The notes: generated from the sequence alone by a model not told the origin. DNA of 64,000 nt from Auanema rhodensis (GCA_964057225.1 OZ059894.1:6882001-6946000), one strand, 5' to 3'. Numbered from the stretch's first letter, positions 1-9,758 are shown. Program-made: numbers and translations.

Positions 1-2835
1 AAATTCAGTTATTTGTGGAACCATATTAGTCCAAAAGAATCGTCGTCGAATCGCATCAGTAGTTTTATTTATACCTAGGTGTGCACCAATTTTGGAATCT
101 TCGTGAAAAAATTTGATGACAACATCAGTTATTTTGTCGTTTCGCGGCAAAATAATAGATGGTTTTAAATAATTTTTCACTTGTTTTGCATGTAATATGC
201 CTTCTCGTTCTTCATACCGGTCTGATATATTAGCCGGACAGTTATCATTATTAATTTGAGAAAGTGCTTCGCGAATCCAGGGAACTCCAGCTTGAACTTT
301 CCGTATTTCTTCACAATTTAGTTGGTCAATAGAAGAAATAGTTGTAATATGAGCAATAAAAGCATCAACAGGTTTTACTTTGTCCTTTGGTTTAGTAGGA
401 CGACTGTCATTTGCTTCGTTTCCTATATACCTGGAGAGAGCATCACAGACACTGTTTAATTTGCCAGGACGATATTCAATCTTTATGTTGAAATCTTGTA
501 TCATTAGTTGATACTTGGCTAATCTACCTATGAGATCTTTACGCGACATTAAACTGGTTAATGGTCGGTGATCTGTGATAACTGTGGTAGGTACTCCTAA
601 TACATAGGTACGGAATTGTTGAAGAGCAAAGACTAAACCGAGTGCTTCAACTTCAATAGGAGGATATTTCCGTTCCGCTGGAGTCAACTTTCTACTAGCG
701 AACGCAATCGGGTGTAATGGAGAATTTTTCTCTGCTGATTGCAATAAAACTGCTCCCACAGCGATCATACTGCCATCACTTTCTATAACAAAAGGTTGGT
801 CTGCTTTAGGAGGTTTCAGTACAGGGGCAGTACACAGTAATGTTTTTAAAGTTTTAAATGCGTCTGCATGTTCCGATTTCCACTCAAAAGGAGTATCCTT
901 ATGTGTTAACTTATACAATGGCTCAGCTATTCCGGCATAATTTTGAATAAACCGTCGAAAATAGTTAGTCATACCTAGAAAGGATCTGACAGCCGTAACT
1001 GTGCTTGGATTTGGAAATTCGGAAACAGCCTGTATTTTAGCAGGATCTGGTTTAACACCATTTCTACCTATTATAAAACCCAAAAACTTTACTTCAGTGG
1101 CTGCAAAACAACATTTAGATAACTTAATTTTTAACCCTAGTTCAGTGACCTTTTTCAGCACTTCTTGTATATCTCTTAAATGTTCATCAGCTGAGTTCGA
1201 AATTATTAGCAAATCATCTAGATATACAAACAGTTTGCATCTAACAAGAGATTGCAAGTATCGTACTGCGGATTGAAAAGTGTGTGGCGCTCCACACAAT
1301 CCCATAGGCATTCGGCAATACTGATAGGTACCTGATGGAGTGGTAAAAGCAGTTAGGTGTCTATCTGAGCGTTTCAACGGTATTTGGAAGAAACCAGAAA
1401 TGAGATCAAAATTCGAAAAGAACTGAGCTCCAGCCGCTAAGTCTATGATATCAGGAATGTGTGGGATGCTGTATGTTTGTTTCTTAGTAACACTATTCAA
1501 TGCTCTAAAGTCAGTTACGAACCGGAAAGAATTATCTTTCTTTTTCACAAGAACAACTGGACTAGTGAAAGTAGCCGTCGAATTTTCGATTATACCTTGC
1601 GACAACATTTCTTTCACTTGCCGTTCTACTTCTTCTTGCTTACCCAATGGTACTCTGTAAGATCTACTTTTTGGGAAATCCATATCGGATCTTATAGGAA
1701 TGGCATGTTCTACTGGTCCGCAAAAGAGACCAATATTATGATCATGGTTGAAAAATGCCGTTTGGTTTTCCTTAATGATTGTGATCAGATTTTTCTTCAT
1801 TTTATGGGACAGAGTGCAAGAATTGAAGTTCAAATCATCCAAAAGATGCTGAGGAAAAGTTGGTAACTTATCTTCCCAATCAGCTTCAGGTGGAACATAA
1901 TCGTTCATAATTTCTTTAGATGCTATAAGTCCTGAACCAATGTGGTCATTTTTATTAATTTTAATTGGCTTTGAAGAATTGTTTGATACTACCATAGTAA
2001 TAGGAAAAGGTCCTATGGCGGCATCTGGAATTGAGATAGGACCTATGCTAGATTTTAAAAGAGCATATTGATCAAAATCTAATTCTGGTCCTGTTTGCAA
2101 AGATATGTGGGAGGTACTATGTGGTGGAACTGTTACTGTGGACAAACTTATGATATTTACTGTTTTAGTTGTGGTTTTATATGCAAAACAACCAGGTTTT
2201 ACTAAGGGTGTTTCCATATTACCAACAATCAACTTTCCTTTACATAGTTTTAATGTAGTAAATATCTCTCTTTCTTCCAACGTACGCATAAAATCAGTAC
2301 CAAGTAACATTTGTCCTGGACAGTCATTGTCTTCAGATATTAAAAATTCGTGTTCCACTTGGTAACCTGCTATACCCACATCTAACTTGCATTTTCCCAC
2401 AAAGCGAAACTCTGATCCATTTGCAGTGGATGCAGATTTAGAATATTTTGTAAAATATTGTCTTCCAATATATGCCAATGTGGAGAACGGAATATATGAG
2501 ACCGTAGCTCCAGAATCCCATAATGCTAACAGTCCTCTACCTTCAATGTCAATATGAACAAACGGTAACATGTGTCCATTTTTCTTTGTTGTTGTGTGAC
2601 ATACAAAAGGTATGGCTAAAGGAATGTAAGTTATTATGGTGGGAAAATAGCTCCGCATCAATTCATCACTAACTGTTTCATGAATCTCATCTCCCTCAAG
2701 TGGTGGAGCTGTTGGGCTCAACATGATATGGTTTATTTTTAACATAGAAGTAGGGGAGAGATAACATTTTATAGTGAAATATAATGCTATCATTAGACAT
2801 AATATCAGAGTTATACAACCGATGGTAATGAGTGT
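1..2835 (-). CDS. pol: Pol polyprotein frame (TM remnant, aspartic protease, reverse transcriptase, RNase H, start of integrase); 3'-partial
   Basis: Manual translation gives ALWDSGATVSYI (protease, ~2500-2530), SPVVLVKKKDNSFRFVTDFRALN and FVYLDDLLII (RT), ESDGSMIAVGAVLLQ / EVEALGLVFAL / TDHRPL / CDALSR (RNase H), and HEDSKIGAHLGINKT...FFW (integrase zinc-binding start). It is missing from the ORF track because it runs off the window. Confidence 0.95.
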
Positions 2836-3035
2836 TCATTCAATTGAACCTATACAAAAGTCAATGAACAGATCCCAATTGGAGAAAACAATTTTCCTGG
2901 CATCTCTTATAAGTTTACTTCCTTTGAAGATAAAAGAAGAAATTTGAGGCCAATCATGTGAACGAGAAATTACGCGGAGAAGATTATGGTGAGGTGAAGT
3001 AGATAAACTATAACCATAAGTTAATCCAATAGAAG

Positions 3036-3614
3036 TTAATCCAACGTTTTCAACATTGGTTCCCGCTCGGGATCCATTGGTGACATTATGGTGCTTGCCA
3101 TTCTCTCTAATTCCATACTAAAATCAAGAACAGATTTATCTCCTTGTTGTACTCGATGAATAAGCGCTATGGTGAAATTTTTATCTGTTTTAGGCGCTAA
3201 AAGCTCAGTGAGCTGATCCATCAAAACAATCCATGGGCCATTAGTTTTTATGCCACTAGGAATACTATTATACAAGGAGAGAGCTGTTTCATTTGATTCC
3301 AAAAGAAGAGGCAAAATTAATAGTCTCTCAGGTAAGCTTAGATTCATAACATTAAAAAATCTATTTAAAGATTCAACAAAAGAACGAAAGCTACGAGAGC
3401 CGTCATACCTGGGACAGAGATGGCAATTTAAAATAGTTGCCATATTTCTAGAGGGTGGAGCAACATTAGAATTAGGAGATGGAGAGGTAGGAGTCATTTT
3501 TCTTTCAAAAGCTTTAGTTATAGCAGCGGCCCACCGACTTGGTGATCTATTTCGTACTGTAGTAGGTGCCCGAGGTGTTTCCTCAGTGATGGCCTTTCTG
3601 CTTTTACTTCTCAT
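3036..3614 (-). CDS. gag: Gag capsid-like protein, C-terminally truncated
   Basis: PRYDGSRSFRSFVESL and QQGDKSVLDFSMELERMA (resembles the major homology region). It stops shortly afterwards with no zinc knuckle. First ATG is at 3614. Confidence 0.8.
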   Translation of the reverse strand: MRSKSRKAITEETPRAPTTVRNRSPSRWAAAITKAFERKMTPTSPSPNSNVAPPSRNMATILNCHLCPRYDGSRSFRSFVESLNRFFNVMNLSLPERLLILPLLLESNETALSLYNSIPSGIKTNGPWIVLMDQLTELLAPKTDKNFTIALIHRVQQGDKSVLDFSMELERMASTIMSPMDPEREPMLKTLD

Positions 3615-4810
3615 TCTAATTGTTAGAGAAGAAGAGTGAGAAGAAGAAGAGGAATCACCTTCTTCTCTCAAAAATTCAAAAGGAGAGAGGTAGGTGGATG
3701 GAGTATTTAAGTTTTTAGAATTAAATTCAAAAACTTGGCGTACCTCTGGTGATCCTTGTTCCTGATCTTTGTTTTCCTCGCTGATGTCCGAGTCCGACAG
3801 GGTGGCTGGTGAATACAGTTAGATGAATATAAGAGCGCGTACTGGAAGCAACTAGACTCCAGTAAAAACGTTTGTGACAATGGCGTCTGATGAAGGAGGA
3901 TCGTTGAAGCTTCAAGCTCCGCCTCCAGCCATGTGTCACGACACCAGATGTTAGCGCTTATGGTAAACAACCATTGACCGTCTGTCGTGATATTTGAATA
4001 TTATAATCACTTATGTCAGCTTAGAGACAAATAAGGAATCACAGATGGTGCCTTAAGCCTGTTTGAAAACTTTTGAATTTTAACAGCTGTTATTGACTAC
4101 ACATATCGAACAGCTGGTACGCGTGGGCCAACTATTTGAATGTGAGTAAGCTTAAAGTAAACAAAAATGTCTCATCTCGTATATTAAGTTCAATTTTATA
4201 AAGTTTATTAAGATTTGTAGAAAGAATTTCAAAATAAATCTTAATTAAGATAATTTTTAATTTAATTTCAAAAGATTTAGAAGGTAATTTAAGATTGATA
4301 TAGGAATTTAAATTCAGTAATCTGTCAATAATATAGGAAAGAGGAAACGTTGGCAGACGTAGAGTGGACTTGGGTGGGTAGGAATTTAAATATTCTTATT
4401 ATCTCTGAACTAATAAGAAAAGAGTTAACAGGAGTAGAACCCTGATGAACCCTTGGATGTGAATCAAAATCAAAAATCGTAAATAAAATTATCCCAACAG
4501 CCTCCAGCTTCCAAACAACTCAGCTAAAAAGTGAGCTCTGTTGCCACACTGGACATTCACATCATAAAGTAATGAATCAAAATAGCACGCGCGTGCATAA
4601 CAAAAAGGTAACGCTCGTCAAAACTATTGTCTGATAGTTTCCCCAAACGTCTCAGACACCTCCCAGTTTTTGTTGAGCGGAGGAGAAGTGGTAGCCAAAA
4701 TAATTTTTGGGGAAATCATGGTGCACGGCTCGGTTACTCCTCACTGTTGGGTAATTAAGTCCAAAAGTCTCGTAAACTTGCTGTCAATAAATTAACAGTA
4801 GAGTAAGCAA

Positions 4811-4823
4811 GGTGGAACCTCCA
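4811..4823 (-). promoter_or_regulatory. Primer-binding site of element A, complementary to the tRNA-Gln 3' end
   Basis: Minus strand reads TGGAGGTTCCACC immediately after the LTR end, matching the eukaryotic tRNA-Gln 3' end ...GGTGGAACCT-CCA. Confidence 0.88.
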
Positions 4824-5204
4824 CGTTACATATCGTTTCTTCCCGTCTTTTCATGGTCGGAAGATATATGTACTTCTACCTTGTTCCTTAGGTAGGCAGA
4901 CCCGAACGCCCCGATTTCCTTATTAAGACAAATACTCAAAGAGAAAAGGATTCATTATCAGATAACAAGAAAATACAATATAAGAATTACATTAAGAAGG
5001 AATATAAAGAGATATAATAAAGTATTAAATAGAGTATATATATAGATGATATAGAGATGAGACTCACATGACTATAAGACAACCTATCTGGGTTAGACCA
5101 GAAGCAAGAGTGTCATGTGTGTCCCATGTTGTAGGCGGGGCTTGTTCAGGCTCCCGCTATTTGGATGGCGCGCACATGTTTACCATGTGCTTGCAGATGT
5201 GACA
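4824..5204 (-). repeat. 5' LTR of element A (381 bp, TGTCACAT...ATGTAACG)
   Basis: Bounded by the PBS on one side and the interrupted tRNA on the other. It has imperfect terminal inverted repeats and an AATAAA on the element strand near 4920-4925. The partner LTR lies outside the window. Confidence 0.85.
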
Positions 5205-5237
5205 GACCCACGCTCTAACCGACTGAGCTATGGCGGC
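5205..5237 (-). pseudogene. 5' half of a tRNA-Ile(AAT) gene, interrupted at the anticodon loop by element A
   Basis: Identical to the first 33 nt of the intact copies (GCCGCCATAGCTCAGTCGGTTAGAGCGTGGGTC). Its upstream flank matches the array spacer at 9598-9634. Confidence 0.93.
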
Positions 5238-5274
5238 CACGAATCTGGCATTTCGCTATCAAACTTTGTTATAA

Positions 5275-5687
5275 TGTTCCATACGTGTCCTATAAGTAGA
5301 GCGATTGACAACGTCAATCGCTTATAAAACGGAACATTATAAAAACAAATAGCTGACGCTACATTTGAGAAACAGGAATTCAATGCAACAATGAACGAAC
5401 ACTTTTTCATATTAAGTTTAATTAAAGAAAGCCCAATTCAAGCGGAACCAAGTTCCGCGGACCTGATATAACCACTTTTTATGCTCGTAAGGAATACTAT
5501 ATAAGGTTTCCTTACGAATCCTTTGGGCTGCGACTAGGAATCATTATGTAACTTTTATTATTGTAATTTGTATACTTTATCATGAATAAACCTTTCTCTC
5601 TATACTCTTTATCATTTATATTTGGAAGAAAAGAAAGTAATTCCATGTGGTTACCCAGCCGGAACCCTGGGGAACCACCATGGAACG
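5275..5687 (+). repeat. 5' LTR of element B (TGTTCCAT...ATGGAACG)
   Basis: Identical by eye to 9057-9469. Contains TATATAA (~5498) and AATAAA (~5585). Confidence 0.96.
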
Positions 5688-5708
5688 TGGAGGTTCCGCC
5701 GAGATTCG
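5688..5708 (+). promoter_or_regulatory. Primer-binding site of element B, complementary to the tRNA-Gln 3' end
   Basis: TGGAGGTTCCGCCGAGATTCG directly follows the LTR. It pairs with tRNA-Gln ...AATCTCGGTGGAACCT-CCA with one G:U. Confidence 0.9.
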
Positions 5709-6309
5709 TCTATAACCGACGAATCTCTAAGAACCATATTTCGCTACATAAATTTAATTTTGTTGTCTTTCATACATCTAATTAAAGAATTATATTTCGA
5801 TTATGCTATATGAATTTAATTTGAAATCTTTCTCTTCTTTATTTCATTCATTCAAAGAACTTTATTTTGATTTTGATTCATAAATTAATACTGAAATCTT
5901 ATATACATTTATTTAAAAAGATATATTTTGAAACAACTTAATTTTGAAATTTTATATTCATTCATTTAAAAGAAACATTTCGATTTTTATCCATATTCTA
6001 AGATCTTTCATTCATTTTTGAGGAAAAACTTTGTTTATAACTATCATAAATTAATTTGAAATTCTTTTATATTTATTCATTTAAAGAAAGGTATTTCGAT
6101 ATTTTTTTTTCTGTCAATCTTTTCTTTTTCTGTTTTTTTTTTTTTTTTAATCAAAATCTATTCTATCTCTCATAAATTTTTGTTATAAGTTTCAAACAAT
6201 TTTTGAATCAAAAATGAATTAATTTCTTTCATGAATCATCACAAAATTCATTGTTTTATATATATTAAAATTCATTAATTTCTATTCTATCCTTTAAAAT
6301 GTATTACTC

Positions 6310-6312
<3 letters not shown>

Positions 6313-6361
<49 letters not shown>
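6313..6361. repeat. (TA)n microsatellite inside element B
   Basis: About 24 perfect TA units. Confidence 0.95.
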
Positions 6362-6365
<4 letters not shown>

Positions 6366-7145
6366 GTACAAAACTATTCTATACTAGTACTATATTCCTA
6401 CTATATTCCTACTATATTCCTATTTTATTTTTCTTTTATCTTCTTTTAAATTTTATCTTTTTCCCTCTCTTATTACTATTATTTTTTCTCTTCTTCCTAA
6501 TATAACCCAGAAAACAGTCAAATAATTTTGAATTTTTTTTTTTTATCTGAATCCCGAAACTAAGATTTATAATTTTGCATTTTGATCCTAAAAGTAGCCC
6601 GTGAGAAGCAATACCAGACTGTCTCGAGAACTGAGCGGAGGCAACCACTATTTTTGATATAAGACGTACGCATTCCTGATTTTGAAGATCCCTTTTTGGT
6701 CCTATTTTTGCAAATTTGAAAATTACGACAGAATTAGTCGAGAATGAAAGTGTTAGAGTGGTCTCACCATGAAAATCAGGGGAGCAGAATTTCGTTAAGG
6801 GAGCGATTTCTGTGATTTTTCATAGGCAAGAGAAGTCTGGGAAAGTGAATGTACGAGGCCTGAGCACCTAATCTTGTCGAAAGACTGAAAGGGAATACTG
6901 CTTAGATCACCGTCGTATATTTCACGCCTATTCGAGAGATGGGAACTTGATCCTAGAAAGGGCGCACCGGTCACAGGCCCGTGTATGTACCCGATTGAGC
7001 AATTCTCCGTTAGAAGATTCGCTGCAGGCTGGCCCCCTAGCAAGCGTCACGCATACAACCCCATATTGCCTCTCACGTTGTATATATATTTTTATAAGTT
7101 TCGCATCGTTGGTATAATAATTTCCTTTCCAGGAAAACCAACAAG

Positions 7146-7882
7146 ATGACGGACTCGAAGAGTAAAAATCCTCCGCAGGATAAAACAAATCCACAGAGCG
7201 CAGCCCCCGGTAATGATACGCACGTCGAGCCAGTACTCGAGCGGAATCAAAGAAAAAGAGGACCTCCAAATGTTTATGAGCCGGACACGAAGCGCCGACC
7301 TACTGCTGCAAAGAAACCACCCGCTATACCGGGTACCCCCGCGAAAAAAATAGGCACAACAGCTATCAAAACTTCTCGCCACGCTATTACTCTTAGTAAA
7401 ATTAAAACGTCTATTAACAAACAAACTCCTAAACGCAATTCTAACGTTATCAAAAGCTCTAGCTATGTTAGCACACATACTTCCCCTTGTAAAGATTATT
7501 CTCAAATATCATTTTCATACCCAAATACTGCTATTCTTTCTTCTCCTCTTCCTCGAAATTCACCAAACTATCAGAGAAAATAGAAGAAAACGCAAGAAAA
7601 GAATTGTATGAGGAACGGAAGAAAGAGCCACCCACAATTAAGAAATGGAGTTCAGCACTTAAATTGGCATTGGGATTAGAAGATAATTCTCCTACAACGC
7701 CAGCAAAGCCTTATCATGTGCCGATAAGGTATCACAGCACCATACCAGTAACAGAGCCGAAGAAGAGAGTTTCGAAGAGTCAGATCCCGGACCCAAACTT
7801 CGTGGCACCAACAGTACCAGTCATCCATAAGAAAAGACCGTCAACAGTTATTGGGACTACAAGTAAGAAGCTAGAACAATAG
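7146..7882 (+). CDS. Element B ORF1: basic Lys/Arg/Pro-rich protein, apparently split by a frameshift (7146-7583 plus an overlapping frame to 7882)
   Basis: ATG lies 13 nt after a TTTCCAG acceptor. The second frame is already open before the first stops (TKLSEKIEENARKELYEERKK), and both halves have similar composition. Confidence 0.55.
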
Positions 7883-8251
7883 TAAAAATCCATAATTTCT
7901 ATATAAAAATCACAAAAAGTATAATACCATTTTCATAATTTTCATAATTTCCATCTAAACTTGAACCTATATATATTTTTTTTTCTCATTTAAGTAAGAC
8001 ATAAAATTCTACACAAATTATTGTACATTTTTATTTTTCACTCTCATAAAAATATTGTATTAATAACCAAAATTTCAAAATAAAATTATACATCATACTT
8101 GGAATCTTTCAAAAATCACTGCAAAGTTTTAATCAACAATCTTCATCACTTTTTCACCTAACTGGTCAAAAAGGAAGCGACAAAAAGGAAGGAACAGACC
8201 GACCTAGTTTTAAAAAGGATAAAAGGACAGAAAACAGTAACAAAGCTAACA

Positions 8252-8854
8252 ATGTCCACCCAACTTCCTGAAGCCGTCGAAATTCCCCTCATGATGGCCA
8301 AAAAGAGATGGCTTTCAATTCAACTATTACTAAGAGAATTGAAGCAGCTAGGCGCCAATACCATCGCCAACCGCCCCAGGAAAGAGAAGATCCTGAAAGA
8401 GTTAGTTCAAGGACTAACAAGAGCGAACACCAGTACTGAAACGCTCAAAATCTTATGTTACCAATACGACAAGGATCAACTGTCGGAGGTTGACCACTGC
8501 ATAGGACCATGGACCAACATAGCAGGAGTCATCCGAGAAGCCATTGCTGAACTAAGGGACCAACTAGGTTATTCACCTAGTTGCGCTTCACCAGAACAGC
8601 AGACACCAAACTGGATTATTGCCGAGACCCATTCGGCCTATCAAGAATGGAGCCTGCAACATTGCAGCGAACTGCCATCCACAGAGGCAAGAAAAAGCAT
8701 TATAAATGCTCTACAAATATTTCTGGCATCACCAGCAACCACCAAGGAAGAAATGGAAAGAAAAACGGATTTATGCAACAAGACTATGGATCTTCTCCAC
8801 GACCTAGGATCATCACCATTACCAGAGATACACCAGTATTATGAAGAAGACTAA
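8252..8854 (+). CDS. Element B ORF2: 200-aa protein of unknown function, probably helical
   Basis: Intact intronless ATG-to-TAA ORF, GC-richer than its flanks, with amphipathic helical patterning. No family recognised. Confidence 0.7.
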   Translation: MSTQLPEAVEIPLMMAKKRWLSIQLLLRELKQLGANTIANRPRKEKILKELVQGLTRANTSTETLKILCYQYDKDQLSEVDHCIGPWTNIAGVIREAIAELRDQLGYSPSCASPEQQTPNWIIAETHSAYQEWSLQHCSELPSTEARKSIINALQIFLASPATTKEEMERKTDLCNKTMDLLHDLGSSPLPEIHQYYEED

Positions 8855-9056
8855 AAAGAACTTTTGAAAGATTCCCAGTATGATATATGATATATTATTT
8901 TGTAATTACATTGTTTTCCTTTATTTTTTCTCATAAAATTGTTCTGTATTATAAGTATTCTTTTATTTTTTGAAACATTTCATACAACTTTCACATTTGC
9001 ATGGAATTTCACTTTCTCGATGTAGCTGAGGTCAGCTACTTTTTCGATATTAGGCA

Positions 9057-9469
9057 TGTTCCATACGTGTCCTATAAGTAGAGCGATTGACAACGTCAAT
9101 CGCTTATAAAACGGAACATTATAAAAACAAATAGCTGACGCTACATTTGAGAAACAGGAATTCAATGCAACAATGAACGAACACTTTTTCATATTAAGTT
9201 TAATTAAAGAAAGCCCAATTCAAGCGGAACCAAGTTCCGCGGACCTGATATAACCACTTTTTATGCTCGTAAGGAATACTATATAAGGTTTCCTTACGAA
9301 TCCTTTGGGCTGCGACTAGGAATCATTATGTAACTTTTATTATTGTAATTTGTATACTTTATCATGAATAAACCTTTCTCTCTATACTCTTTATCATTTA
9401 TATTTGGAAGAAAAGAAAGTAATTCCATGTGGTTACCCAGCCGGAACCCTGGGGAACCACCATGGAACG
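9057..9469 (+). repeat. 3' LTR of element B
   Basis: Identical by eye to 5275-5687 and followed by the ATAA TSD. Confidence 0.96.
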
Positions 9470-9523
9470 ATAACCTGTGGCAATCAAGTTTTGAATAATT
9501 TAGAAGTTAAAAGAAAAATGTTT

Positions 9524-9597
9524 TGCCGCCAGCAGGGGTCGAACCTGCGACCTTGGGCTTATTAGACCCACGCTCTAACCGACTGAGCTATGGCGGC
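9524..9597 (-). tRNA. tRNA-Ile (anticodon AAT)
   Basis: GCCGCCATAGCTCAGTCGGTTAGAGCGTGGGTCT-AAT-AAGCCCAAGGTCGCAGGTTCGACCCCTGCTGGCGGCA forms a full cloverleaf with A and B boxes and a downstream T-run. Confidence 0.97.
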
Positions 9598-9684
9598 CAC
9601 GAATCTGCCATTTCGCTATCAAACTTTGTTATAACCTGTCGCAATCAAGTTTTGAATAATTTAGAAGTTAAAAATAAAAGGTTT

Positions 9685-9758
9685 TGCCGCCAGCAGGGGT
9701 CGAACCTGCGACCTTGGGCTTATTAGACCCACGCTCTAACCGACTGAGCTATGGCGGC
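9685..9758 (-). tRNA. tRNA-Ile (anticodon AAT), second intact tandem copy
   Basis: Identical to 9524-9597; array period is 161 bp. Confidence 0.97.

Larger units (their letters stand above)
1..5204 (-). mobile_element. Ty3/gypsy LTR retrotransposon (element A), 5' part; continues beyond the left edge of the window
   Basis: On the minus strand: LTR 5204-4824, tRNA-Gln PBS 4823-4811, gag-like ORF, then PR-RT-RNaseH-IN in gypsy order. The right end abuts a half tRNA-Ile gene. Confidence 0.95.
5275..9469 (+). mobile_element. Non-autonomous LTR retroelement (element B, 4195 bp)
   Basis: Two 413-bp direct repeats, a PBS after the first, and a 4-bp TSD ATAA (5271-5274 and 9470-9473). The unoccupied site TTGTT-ATAA-CCTGT is visible in the next array unit (~9626-9639). 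No RT, RNase H or integrase motifs inside. Confidence 0.95.

Noticed and set aside
1001-3639. Plus-strand ORFs at 1001-1276, 1445-1660, 1459-1866, 2105-2365 and 3250-3639
   Set aside because: They are antisense shadows of the minus-strand pol and gag frames.
3935-3956. Minus-strand CGCTAACA-TC-TGGTGTCGTGAC, resembling another LTR end plus PBS
   Set aside because: Only a weak match to any tRNA 3' end I know, no matching LTR start found, and a better LTR/PBS exists at 4811-5204.
4441-4470. CTGATGA as a possible hammerhead ribozyme core (retrozyme idea for elements A and B)
   Set aside because: No stem II followed by GAAA, and it is on the antisense strand of element A. I found no hammerhead core in LTR-B either.
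5228-9726. ORFs 5228-5410, 8980-9192, 5582-5785, 5622-5813 and 9523-9726
   Set aside because: They lie within the LTRs or are antisense translations of tRNA genes. The duplicated peptide only reflects the LTR duplication.
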